NCBI GenBank assembly: GCA_934168245.1
Contig: CAKPMY010000002.1
Location: 78,237-142,236, forward strand
Source of the DNA: an uncultured Bacilli bacterium
GTDB lineage: Bacteria > Bacillota_I > Bacilli_A > RF39 > UBA660
DNA: 64,000 nt
Direction: 5' to 3'
The notes under the pieces were generated by a model. That model worked only from the letters and a program-made list of their open reading frames with translations. It ran no database searches and was not told the DNA's origin. The position numbers and the translations under genes were made by a program. The first letter of the stretch is position 1; each line of letters starts with the position of its first letter. Below are positions 47,306 to 56,519 of the stretch, piece after piece.

Positions 47306-48535
47306 TTAAGCTGCCCTTTTAACTAAAACATTTGCTTTATTCATTTCACTAATTTTATTATATAACTCTTGCGCCTCTTCTTTTTTTCCTTCTCGGTATA
47401 ATTGTCCTGCTCTATTCATCATTGCTTCTATTTCCATTTGATTAGAAGAACTCTGTACTTGTTCAAAGCCTAATAAACCTTTTTGTTGTGCAAGAGAATT
47501 ACTTAGTCTCTCTATTTGTCCTTTATTAACTAAAATAGCCTTTACCCTATCCTCACTTAATTTACGTATCTGCATAACTCCATTTGAAGAAACTACAGGA
47601 GTCTGTGCTACTGGAACAAGGGTATTATTTGAATATGCCGCTACTAAAGGAGAAACATTACTATCATTTGGTCTAGGTGCAGGGATACTTAAAATATTAT
47701 CATTAACTACAGGTGCAACAGGTTCAACTTCAGAAACAGAAGTAGTACCAGCCTCAGGAACAGTAGAAATAACTGTCGAAATAGGAATAACTTCTTCAGG
47801 CTTTATAACCGGTGTCACTACATTATGATAATCAACTTCTCCATTCAAATTATTAGTTGCATTATTCTTTTCTACCTCAGGCTTTTTCTCTTCTTTTTCT
47901 ACAACTGCCGTTTCTTCAACCCCTTGTTTAGAAGTAGAATCGTCCTTTGTCTCTTCTGCCTTTTTATCTTCATTATTATTAAAAATACCTTCAAATATAT
48001 TAGGAATTTTAGGTAAAGCCGGAGCATCAATTTTAATAGTAGGTGCTAATCCATTACCTATAATATTAGACTTATTCTCTGGTAAAATTGATTTAATAGG
48101 GCCATTACTAATTGTTTCCTTAACTGGTTTATTACCTTGAACAGATTCTTTCTTTTTAGAAGTATCATCTACTTTTAAAGGGGAATCTCCTTTAATTACT
48201 TCATTCTTTGCAACAGTATCAACATTTTTTTCTTTAACAATTTCATTTTTTACAATAGGAACTGTACTCTTTTCTTCAACTACTTCGTCAACTTTTACTT
48301 TCTTCTGTACATTTTCTTTTCCTGAAGCAACCACTGAAAAACTCTCAAACTGCTCAAAACTATCGGTTAAATTATCAGCCCCTTCTGCTGCTTTAACCAA
48401 ACACTCTATATATTTTTCCCTTTCTTCATCGTCTTCTATACTAGCCATAGCCTTTATCTTATCGCAAAAGAAATCGCATAAAAATATTTTTAAGTCTTTA
48501 ACAGCACTATCATCAACATTATCTAGTCCCATCAT
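47306..48535 (-). CDS. Hypothetical protein (409 aa; acidic N-terminus, K/E/V-rich low-complexity middle, helical C-terminus)
   Basis: ORF with no recognised motifs. The C-terminal 90 aa look like a coiled coil. Confidence 0.4.
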   Translation of the reverse strand: MMGLDNVDDSAVKDLKIFLCDFFCDKIKAMASIEDDEEREKYIECLVKAAEGADNLTDSFEQFESFSVVASGKENVQKKVKVDEVVEEKSTVPIVKNEIVKEKNVDTVAKNEVIKGDSPLKVDDTSKKKESVQGNKPVKETISNGPIKSILPENKSNIIGNGLAPTIKIDAPALPKIPNIFEGIFNNNEDKKAEETKDDSTSKQGVEETAVVEKEEKKPEVEKNNATNNLNGEVDYHNVVTPVIKPEEVIPISTVISTVPEAGTTSVSEVEPVAPVVNDNILSIPAPRPNDSNVSPLVAAYSNNTLVPVAQTPVVSSNGVMQIRKLSEDRVKAILVNKGQIERLSNSLAQQKGLLGFEQVQSSSNQMEIEAMMNRAGQLYREGKKEEAQELYNKISEMNKANVLVKRAA

Positions 48536-48543
48536 CTCACCAC

Positions 48544-48816
48544 CTAAACATTAGCAATTTTCTTTAGAAGACGTTGTACTTCAGCCCATTCAGCATCATC
48601 GGTAATTTCTTGAATTTTAAGGCCTTCATTATCTTTAAATAATCTCGAAATATATATAATTTGCTCCCCTTCGGCACCTCTAATTTCATTCTTTGTATAT
48701 ACAATATATTGCTTTAAGTTATCATCGGAAACTAAATAAGTAACAAGAAAAACTTCATTCTTATTACCTTGAGCATCAATAATTTCAATTTTCCTATCTT
48801 CACCCACAGCAAACAC
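48544..48816 (-). CDS. DUF1292-like small acidic protein
   Basis: 90 aa. IEIIDAQGNKNEVFLVTYLVSDDNLKQYIVYTKNE...ITDDAEWAEVQRLL fits the DUF1292 pattern. Confidence 0.45.
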   Translation of the reverse strand: MFAVGEDRKIEIIDAQGNKNEVFLVTYLVSDDNLKQYIVYTKNEIRGAEGEQIIYISRLFKDNEGLKIQEITDDAEWAEVQRLLKKIANV

Positions 48817-48862
48817 CCTCTATTCTAATCATAATTATAGCCGATTTTAAACCATAAGTAAA

Positions 48863-49987
48863 CTATTTTTTATAAACTAAACTACTAAGTTTACTCAAAT
48901 TTTTCTCAAATGAAACAAAAAATTTATCTAATTCTTCAAACGTCGTAAGATAAGATAAACTAATTCTTATACTATGACTTGCTCTTTCCATATCATTAGT
49001 AACCGCAAGTACCGCCAAAGAATAATTACCTGTAGAACAAGCAGTCTGCGTTGAAATATATATATCATCTGCTTCTAAAGCATGTAACATAGTCTCAGGC
49101 TTTATTCCTGGTAAACTAACATTAACTATATATGGCAAACAAAATTCATTACTATTAATTGAAACATCTAATAATTCTAACTTATCAAGTAAGTATTTAT
49201 GTAACTCTACAACATGTTCATTCTTCTTATCAAAATCTTCATATGCTAATCTTAAAGCCTTAGAAAAAGAAACAATCAATGGCGTTGCTGGTGTACCAGA
49301 TCTAAATACAGTTGTAGATTTACCTCCATGAATTAAAGGCTCTATACTAATTTTACTTTTTTTAATTAAACATCCAATACCCTTCATTCCATAAAATTTT
49401 TGTCCTGATATACTGGCTAAATCAACTACACTTAAATCGACTTTCATCTTACCAATACACTGTGTCATATCACTATGAAAAAATACTTTCGGATGTTTTT
49501 TTACAATCTCACTAATAGCCTTCAAATCTTGTACTACTCCAACTTCACTATTAACCGCAGCTATAGTTACTAAAACAGTATCATCTCTAATTAGTTTTTC
49601 TAAGTCTTCTAAATCGACTAATCCCTTACTATCTAACTTAACATAACTAACTTCATATCCTAAAGTTTCCAAGTATTTAACTGTAACACTAACTGAAGAA
49701 TGTTCAAGTTCTGTTGTTATTATATGTTTCCCAGTATGTTTACCACAAATTCCTTTAATTGCTAAATTATTAGCCTCACTTGCACCCGACGTATAAATCA
49801 CTTCATCTCTATTAACTCCAAGTATTGAAGCAATTTGATTAGTCGCAGCATCAATTAACTGTTTAGCCTCTACTCCTAACTTATGTAATGAATTAGGATT
49901 ACCAATATATTTCTTTGTAACTTCCACATAAGTATTTAAAACATCAGCATTAACTGGTGTTGTTGCACTATAATCTAAATAAACCAT
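48863..49987 (-). CDS. Cysteine desulfurase (class V aminotransferase, NifS/IscS family)
   Basis: LDYSATTPV N-terminus. PLP-lysine region ISGQKFYGMKGIG. Active-site Cys near the C-terminus (TQTACSTGN). Confidence 0.7.
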   Translation of the reverse strand: MVYLDYSATTPVNADVLNTYVEVTKKYIGNPNSLHKLGVEAKQLIDAATNQIASILGVNRDEVIYTSGASEANNLAIKGICGKHTGKHIITTELEHSSVSVTVKYLETLGYEVSYVKLDSKGLVDLEDLEKLIRDDTVLVTIAAVNSEVGVVQDLKAISEIVKKHPKVFFHSDMTQCIGKMKVDLSVVDLASISGQKFYGMKGIGCLIKKSKISIEPLIHGGKSTTVFRSGTPATPLIVSFSKALRLAYEDFDKKNEHVVELHKYLLDKLELLDVSINSNEFCLPYIVNVSLPGIKPETMLHALEADDIYISTQTACSTGNYSLAVLAVTNDMERASHSIRISLSYLTTFEELDKFFVSFEKNLSKLSSLVYKK

Positions 49988-50002
49988 CCTGACACCTCTT
50001 TT

Positions 50003-50185
50003 TTACTCATCACTATCTCCAGAAATATGATAAAGATCATAATTGATTCTAGCAACCGCTAACTCTATTGTCATAAGTTTTTCACTATTATCTAACTTCT
50101 CATCATCTTCTAATAATCTTACTATTTCCTCAGCAATTTTAATAATTTCATCTTTATTTTTATGCAAATTAATTTTATCCATCAT
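50003..50185 (-). CDS. Small hypothetical protein (about 60 aa)
   Basis: Short acidic ORF. The start is uncertain and the RBS is weak. Confidence 0.3.
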   Translation of the reverse strand: MMDKINLHKNKDEIIKIAEEIVRLLEDDEKLDNSEKLMTIELAVARINYDLYHISGDSDE

Positions 50186-50231
50186 ATAATTCAAAAAAAT
50201 CACCTCTTCAAAATATTATACTATAAATTTA

Positions 50232-50849
50232 TCAATCTTTATATTCTTTTATAATATCATATAACTTCTGCATTTTTAAGTCTAATTTTTCTATATCCGA
50301 AGCACATGCTACTAACTCATCTTTTATATTTTTAGGAATTTCTTTAGGCAACTTATAATCTAATTTATGTTCCAAACTAGCCCAACAATCCATCGCTACT
50401 GTCCTAATCTGTATCTCTGCCTCTACATACTCTGTAATTTCTTCTAGATGTAATGGTATTAATACATTCAAATGATAACTACTATATCCCGAATCCTTAG
50501 GATTCTTAATATAATCAGTTTCTTCTTTTATAATAAATTCATTAGAAGACTTAATAATATTAACAATATCATAAACATCAGAAATAAATGAACATACTAT
50601 TCTAATTCCTATCATATCATGAACATATCTAACTAAATTATAAGTATTAAATTTTTGTTTCTTCTTCTTTAATTTATTAGAGGCACTCTCTATACTCTTA
50701 ATCCTAGCTTTTACATGTTCCACTGGATTATAATTACATTTAAACTCATGTTCTTTAAGTAAAATATCTATCTCTGTTTCCAACTTCTTTTTAGCAAACT
50801 CATACTTCAACATTATCTCTCTAAATTCTCTATCTTCTCTAAAATCCAT
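50232..50849 (-). CDS. Small alarmone synthetase (RelQ/RelP-like (p)ppGpp synthetase)
   Basis: RelA/SpoT synthetase domain motifs IGIRIVCSF, YSSYHLNV, EIQIRTVAMDCWASLEHKLDYK. 205 aa. Confidence 0.75.
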   Translation of the reverse strand: MDFREDREFREIMLKYEFAKKKLETEIDILLKEHEFKCNYNPVEHVKARIKSIESASNKLKKKKQKFNTYNLVRYVHDMIGIRIVCSFISDVYDIVNIIKSSNEFIIKEETDYIKNPKDSGYSSYHLNVLIPLHLEEITEYVEAEIQIRTVAMDCWASLEHKLDYKLPKEIPKNIKDELVACASDIEKLDLKMQKLYDIIKEYKD

Positions 50850-50857
50850 TATACCTC

Positions 50858-51127
50858 CTATTTATTAGTATTTTGATAATAATCCCTCTCCGCAATAGAT
50901 GAAGAAACAGTATCTAATTCTTCATAATCTAAAACATCATCATAATTAAACACATCTTCTATCAAGTAAAGTATCTCTTTTAAACTAGCACACTTCTTAT
51001 AATCAATTCCATTTCTCTCAAGTACTTCCATCTCATAATTAGTTAAAGAAAGTCCATTCTCTAAATTAACTAACTCTAAAGATTTAAAGTCCATATTCTT
51101 AACAATATCTTCTATATTATATTCCAT
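50858..51127 (-). CDS. Small acidic hypothetical protein (89 aa)
   Basis: The ORF ends 8 nt upstream of the alarmone synthetase start and is co-oriented with it. Confidence 0.4.
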   Translation of the reverse strand: MEYNIEDIVKNMDFKSLELVNLENGLSLTNYEMEVLERNGIDYKKCASLKEILYLIEDVFNYDDVLDYEELDTVSSSIAERDYYQNTNK

Positions 51128-51177
51128 TACTCAGTAAATCCTTTCAAAACATTAAAAATAGAACTTGTCAAAAAGCC

Positions 51178-51711
51178 CTATTTACATACATAACCATTAT
51201 TCTTTAAATGAGTCATTAATTCCCCTTCAGTATATTTATCATTAATACTTAAAGTAACTACATCACTACTTTTAGTATTGGGATTAATCTTTATCTTTAA
51301 TCCATCATTATCATAAAACTCAATATTATTAAGTATAATAGTCTCATTACTTAAAGCATTAACTGTAACAACCAAGTAGTTATCACCCTTAGTCACTTTA
51401 ACACTATCTTCATCTAAATAAGCATAAGATTTTTCTAAAGCAAACTTAAAAGCCTCCAAATACTTATCATCTTCCAAATACTTATCTGGAAAAATAATTG
51501 TCTTTGTAAGTGTCATCTTACTAATCTTATTACTATCTAAAGAGGTTTTTAAGTTTTCTCTAATAGTAATACCTAACTCATCAGTACTTTTTCTACTACA
51601 TTCTACATACGGTTGTTTCGCTGTCGCAACTAAATAGAAGATAATAACAATCATAATTGCTACAATAACAACTGGAAAAACTCTAGTTTTCTTCCTACTC
51701 ACTATAACCAC
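51178..51711 (-). CDS. Hypothetical membrane-anchored protein
   Basis: N-terminal TM VFPVVIVAIMIVIIFYLVA. 177 aa. Confidence 0.45.
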   Translation of the reverse strand: MVIVSRKKTRVFPVVIVAIMIVIIFYLVATAKQPYVECSRKSTDELGITIRENLKTSLDSNKISKMTLTKTIIFPDKYLEDDKYLEAFKFALEKSYAYLDEDSVKVTKGDNYLVVTVNALSNETIILNNIEFYDNDGLKIKINPNTKSSDVVTLSINDKYTEGELMTHLKNNGYVCK

Positions 51712-51790
51712 CTCTCACCATTATTATATCAATAACAAAATAATAGTCAAGGAAAAGAAAAGTACCTTAAACATAAGGTACTTATATAAT

Positions 51791-52186
51791 TTATTTAATT
51801 TCAATAATTTTTTTATTTTCTTCTTCAGTTTTCTTTGGAACAGTAATTTTTAAGCATCCATCAGTAAATGTAGCATCGATCTTATCTTGATCCAAATCAC
51901 CTAGATAAAATGATCTCTCATATTTACCATAAACTCTCTCACGACGAATATAATTCTTCTTTTCATCTTCTTCGTCATTTTCACTATTCTTAGAAGCAGT
52001 AATTGTTAAATAACCATTCTTAGCCTCTACTGAAATATCATTTTTTGAAAAACCAGGAACATCCATCTCAATATGGTAATTTCCATCTTTTTCATAAATA
52101 TCACATTTCATATTTTGTTCCTTCTTAGTTGTTAAAAAATCATCAAAAACATCATCTAAATAAAATTTTCTTGGAATTAAATCCAT
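51791..52186 (-). CDS. Hsp20/alpha-crystallin family small heat-shock protein
   Basis: The alpha-crystallin domain spans roughly DIYEKDGNYHIEMDVPGFSKNDISVE...GKYERSF...ATFTDGCLKITVPK. Start placed at the Met at 52186, because the ATG at 52252 is listed in the ORF track but lies upstream of the mapped promoter. Confidence 0.75.
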   Translation of the reverse strand: MDLIPRKFYLDDVFDDFLTTKKEQNMKCDIYEKDGNYHIEMDVPGFSKNDISVEAKNGYLTITASKNSENDEEDEKKNYIRRERVYGKYERSFYLGDLDQDKIDATFTDGCLKITVPKKTEEENKKIIEIK

Positions 52187-52217
52187 ACTTATCATCTTCC
52201 TTTCATTTACAATATAT

Positions 52218-52259
52218 ATTATACTCCTATTTTTAGCACTTGTCAATAGCAAGTGCTAA
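52218..52259 (-). promoter_or_regulatory. Sigma-A promoter (TTGACA-17-TATAAT) with CIRCE-like HrcA operator overlapping the -35
   Basis: The minus strand reads TTAGCACTTGCTATTGACAAGTGCTAA, i.e. TTAGCACTT-N9-AAGTGCTAA, against the CIRCE consensus TTAGCACTC-N9-GAGTGCTAA. The TTGACA lies inside the spacer and the TATAAT lies 17 nt downstream. Confidence 0.6.
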
Positions 52260-52348
52260 TTATTATTAATATTTTCAAAAAAATAATTAAATATTCCAAA
52301 AACTTATGTTATACTATATATAAATAGAATAAAGGTGAGGTAAAAACA

Positions 52349-53059
52349 ATGAATAATATAGGAAAAGAAAGAAAAAAAATAGAATTAGCCGACGTAATTA
52401 TTATCAGTGCAATTATAGTTGCTATAATAATTGCTATAATCGGAACAATAATTTGGGTAAGGTATAATCATAGTAAGGAACAAAAGAAAGAACAGTCAAC
52501 ATATACGACCATTCCAAACAATGAAAAATACAAATATAAAATAGATAATAATAAAATAAGTTTCTACAATGGTAAAAAAGTAGTAGACACATATACCTGT
52601 ATAAGTGATTGTTCTATTAGAAAAACAGCAGTAGATCAATTCATAATTGATTATGATGCATTTATACCAATATATGATAACAATAAATATATAATTTATA
52701 ATATTGATATAAAATCTACATACTATACTTTTGATACCTATCCAGAAAAAACTCTTAATGAAAATATTGGTATAATAACAAAAAATAATAAAAAAGGTGC
52801 TATTAAGAGAAATGGTGGTCTAGTTCTAAATACTGACTTCGATGCTATTGAAGTAACTAATAATTATATGGTTACTCTTCAAAACGGAATAGTAAATATT
52901 TATAATAGTTCAAATGTAAAATTAACAAACAACGAAATAATAAACATGTATGAAGTTATGCCATTAGAAAAAGATAATAAATTATACTTATATCTTACTG
53001 ATCTAAATGGTTCAAAAACTGTATTAGAATATAATCCAATCGCTAGAACATTTAATTAA
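52349..53059 (+). CDS. Hypothetical membrane-anchored protein (236 aa)
   Basis: N-terminal TM IIISAIIVAIIIAIIGTIIWV. The extracytoplasmic domain is N/Y/K-rich. Confidence 0.45.
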   Translation: MNNIGKERKKIELADVIIISAIIVAIIIAIIGTIIWVRYNHSKEQKKEQSTYTTIPNNEKYKYKIDNNKISFYNGKKVVDTYTCISDCSIRKTAVDQFIIDYDAFIPIYDNNKYIIYNIDIKSTYYTFDTYPEKTLNENIGIITKNNKKGAIKRNGGLVLNTDFDAIEVTNNYMVTLQNGIVNIYNSSNVKLTNNEIINMYEVMPLEKDNKLYLYLTDLNGSKTVLEYNPIARTFN

Positions 53060-53135
53060 GAAGGTTAACCCTTCTTTTTTTTATTTAGTATTACTTCCAA
53101 CAGAAAAGGAACAGCCTATAAACTGTTCCTTTTAA

Positions 53136-56100
53136 TTATTCTTGTTTTAATTCAAATCTTGCTAAATACTCATTAACTAATTTCATAGTCTTATTGTATT
53201 CAACTGTTAACTCTTCAAAGTTAGCATTAACAAAGTCTTTATCTTCTTCTTTACTCTTTAATTCATGTTGATAACTAATATCTGCTAACTTCATAAATCC
53301 TAAGTACTTACAATCACTCTTTAGAGAATGAACTTCTATTGCATAATCATGCATATTAGCCTCTTCCTTATACTGATTAATTCTACCCCATTTAGCAGGA
53401 ACATCAGCAACGAAATCTCCTAATGTCATATTATACATTTCCATATCACCAAGTAATTCTAATGACTTATCCATGTCAACATTATTATCTCTTAAGAACT
53501 TCTCCATAGCCTCATCACTCTTATCAGTAGCAACTTCTACAGGAGCAGGAGTCTCTTCTTTTACTTCAGCAGGTTTCTCTGCAACTGGTTCTTCAACCTT
53601 AGTCTCAGGAACTTCTACCTTTTCCTCAGCAGGTTTCTCTGTAACTGGTTCTTCAGTCTTAGTCTCAGGAGTCTCTTCTTTTACTTCAGCAGGTTTCTCT
53701 GTAACTGGTTCTTCAGCCTTAGTCTCAGGAGCCTCTTCTTTTACCTCAGCAGGTTTCTCTGTAACTGGTTCTTCAGCCTTAGTCTCAGGAGCCTCTTCTT
53801 TTACCTCAGCAGGTTTCTCCGCAACCGGTTCTTCAGTCTTAGTCTCTGGAGTTTCTACCTTTTCTTCAGCAGACTTCTCTGCAACTGGTTCTTCAACCTT
53901 AGTCTCTGGAGTCTCTTCTTTTACCTCAGCAGGTTTCTCCGCAACCGGTTCTTCAGTCTTAGTCTCTGGAGTTTCTACCTTTTCTTCAGCTGACTTCTCT
54001 GCAACTGGTTCTTCAACCTTAGTCTCTGGAGTCTCTTCTTTTACCTCAGCAGGTTTCTCTGCAACTGGTTCTTCAGCCTTAGTCTCAGGAGCCTCTTCTT
54101 TTACCTCAGCAGGTTTCTCTGTAACTGGTTCTTCAACTTTAGTTTCAGAAACTTCTACTTTCTCTTCAGCAGGCTTTTCTGTAACTGGTTCTTCAACTTT
54201 AGTTTCAGAACCTTCTACTTTTTCTTCAGCAGGTTTCTCTGCAACTGGTTCTTCAGCCTTTGTCTCAGGAGCCTCTTCTTTTACCTCAGCAGGTTTCTCT
54301 GCAACTGGTTCTTCAGCCTTTGTCTCAGGAACCTCTTCTTTTACCTCAGCAGGCTTCTCTGCAACTGGTTCTTCAACCTTAGTCTCAGAGACTTCTACCT
54401 TCTCCTCAGCAGGCTTCTCTGCAACTGGTTCTTCTACCTTAGTCTCAGGAGCCACATCTTTTTCTTCTACAGGTTTCTCTGTAACAGTTTCCTCAACCTT
54501 AGCCTCAGGAGCCTCTTTCTTTATTTCAATAACATCTTTCTTTTCCTCTACTGGTGCATCTTTTAACACACTCTCTCTACCAGGAAGTACATTAGAAGTT
54601 CTTCTTTCCCCTACTACTCCAAGTGTTTTACCATCAAAGAACTTATGAATAATCTTATCAAGTTCTATTGTATCGATTGGCATTGGTAAATAACTATCAA
54701 AGCCTTCTGCTAAATACTTCTCTCCCATACCATTCATAACATTTGCTGTTAAAGCAACTATTGGTGGTATTTCATAATCATCCAATCTACGAAGAATTCT
54801 AATCGTTTCAATACCGTCCATACCTGTCATCATATGATCTAGGAAAATAATATCATAATGATTACCATACTTGAATTTATAAATACAATCTTTACCAGAT
54901 TCAGCAGTATCTACATTAAAGTTATACTTCTTTAATAATCTCTCTGAAACTTTTAAATTCAAAGGACTATCATCAACTACTAATGCCGTAAAGTCTGTAC
55001 AATCTAAGAAATCTTTTACTCTTGTCGTCGTATTAGTTTGAGTAACACTACCTATCGGTGTAGGATCAATTACTTTTAATGGTAAATCTACAAAGAAAGT
55101 AGTACCAACTTCAAACTCACTTTCAAACCAAATTTTACCACCCATCAAGTCTACGAACTTTTTAGTAATAACAAGTCCTAATCCAGTACCCTCTATTTCA
55201 TTAGAAACAGCACTGTCAAGTCTTGAGAACTTTTCAAATAACTTATTAAAGTCTTCTTTCTTAATACCATATCCAGTATCTGAAATTTTAATATGTAAAA
55301 GTACAGAATCAACACCAGTCTTTTCAGATACCATAGCAACTTTAATTTTACCAACCTCAGTATACTTAACTGCATTATTAGTAATATTTAATAATACTTG
55401 ATATACCTTAGTAGCATCTGCATAAACTTTAGAAGGAATTTGTTCATCCATTTCTATATAAAGTTTAACTGGACTATTTCCAAGTCTTGCTTCTATAACA
55501 CTAGATAAGTCTCTTACAATCTTAGTAAGACTACATTCTCTATTAGCAAGTGTATCATTACCAGACTCAATTTTAGAAATATCCAAAATATTATTAATTA
55601 TATCAACCAAATTTGTACCAGCAGTCGCAATACTTTGAATATCATTACGAGCCGCTGTTTCATCAAATACATTACTATTAAGAAGCGAATCACTAAATCC
55701 TATAATAGCATTCATTGGAGTTCTAATTTCATGTGACATATTTGATAAGAAATCTGTCTTAGATCTATTAGATTTATCAATATCTGATTTTAAACTATCT
55801 ATTTCATTAACTAAATGAATATCTGGATTCTCAATAATGAAATATAAGAAGAATACTTGTAATGAACAACAAATTACATAAATACTAACTTTATTAAGTA
55901 AAATCTGCGCTGTAAGCATAACTGCCATAACAAACATTATCAATGTAATAGCAACTCTTCTTTTTAGTGCATACTGTTTACAAGTTGTATGAGTAGCAAC
56001 TAAAACACAAGTACACATAATTGTTAAACATGCAAGTACAATATATTCATTTGTACCGGCAATAAATCCTGTACTAACAGTCTCAAAATTTGATTTAGGT

Positions 56101-56519
56101 AAAATTAAGTACCCAACAAATATTAAGATTGAGGAAATCATAATAATTCTCGTTCTATGACTTCCTTTAAATAAATCTTTGAACGAATTAAATTTTAAAT
56201 CACATAAATATACAAAACAATATACACAGTATAGACTTACCCATAAAATGAAGCCCAACCAGTGAAGAATTGAAATAACATTCGAAACTACAGGTGAATT
56301 AAAATAACCTAATGAAAGTACATATAATAATTCAGAAATTAAAATATAAAGTACTGAAATTAATATAGCTGCATATATTTTACTTCTTAAACCTGATTGT
56401 CTAGCCTTAGAGTAATATATCGTAATAAGGAAGCCAGTGAACATTAAACAAGTAAATACAAGGAAAAAACTAGTTGAAAGATTTTCTTGTATATTAAATA
56501 TACTAGTCATTAAAATCAT
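53136..56519 (-). CDS. Unorthodox hybrid sensor histidine kinase: multi-TM sensor, HisKA, HATPase_c, receiver, long PEVK-like repeat linker, C-terminal HPt domain
   Basis: H-box SHEIRTPMNAIIGFS. G-boxes GTGLGL. Receiver ALVVDDSPLN...DIIFLDHMMTGMDG. About 17 x 20-aa repeats (EEPVAEKPAEVKEEAPETKA). C-terminal HPt H-box HSLKSDCKYLG. Confidence 0.75.
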   Translation of the reverse strand: MILMTSIFNIQENLSTSFFLVFTCLMFTGFLITIYYSKARQSGLRSKIYAAILISVLYILISELLYVLSLGYFNSPVVSNVISILHWLGFILWVSLYCVYCFVYLCDLKFNSFKDLFKGSHRTRIIMISSILIFVGYLILPKSNFETVSTGFIAGTNEYIVLACLTIMCTCVLVATHTTCKQYALKRRVAITLIMFVMAVMLTAQILLNKVSIYVICCSLQVFFLYFIIENPDIHLVNEIDSLKSDIDKSNRSKTDFLSNMSHEIRTPMNAIIGFSDSLLNSNVFDETAARNDIQSIATAGTNLVDIINNILDISKIESGNDTLANRECSLTKIVRDLSSVIEARLGNSPVKLYIEMDEQIPSKVYADATKVYQVLLNITNNAVKYTEVGKIKVAMVSEKTGVDSVLLHIKISDTGYGIKKEDFNKLFEKFSRLDSAVSNEIEGTGLGLVITKKFVDLMGGKIWFESEFEVGTTFFVDLPLKVIDPTPIGSVTQTNTTTRVKDFLDCTDFTALVVDDSPLNLKVSERLLKKYNFNVDTAESGKDCIYKFKYGNHYDIIFLDHMMTGMDGIETIRILRRLDDYEIPPIVALTANVMNGMGEKYLAEGFDSYLPMPIDTIELDKIIHKFFDGKTLGVVGERRTSNVLPGRESVLKDAPVEEKKDVIEIKKEAPEAKVEETVTEKPVEEKDVAPETKVEEPVAEKPAEEKVEVSETKVEEPVAEKPAEVKEEVPETKAEEPVAEKPAEVKEEAPETKAEEPVAEKPAEEKVEGSETKVEEPVTEKPAEEKVEVSETKVEEPVTEKPAEVKEEAPETKAEEPVAEKPAEVKEETPETKVEEPVAEKSAEEKVETPETKTEEPVAEKPAEVKEETPETKVEEPVAEKSAEEKVETPETKTEEPVAEKPAEVKEEAPETKAEEPVTEKPAEVKEEAPETKAEEPVTEKPAEVKEETPETKTEEPVTEKPAEEKVEVPETKVEEPVAEKPAEVKEETPAPVEVATDKSDEAMEKFLRDNNVDMDKSLELLGDMEMYNMTLGDFVADVPAKWGRINQYKEEANMHDYAIEVHSLKSDCKYLGFMKLADISYQHELKSKEEDKDFVNANFEELTVEYNKTMKLVNEYLARFELKQE
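53521..54540 (-). repeat. Tandem 60-nt repeat array (about 17 units, 120-nt higher-order periodicity) inside the hybrid kinase gene
   Basis: Consecutive 60-nt stretches are near-identical, e.g. 53701-53760 vs 53761-53820, and 53821-53880 vs 53941-54000. Confidence 0.85.

Noticed and set aside
53473-54648. 391-aa plus-strand ORF rich in S/T/G/F (FSATGSSTLVSG repeats)
   Set aside because: It lies antisense to the 60-nt tandem repeat array of the hybrid kinase gene. The periodic DNA has no stops in several frames. The sense-strand kinase reading frame is continuous, with HisKA, REC and HPt domains on either side.
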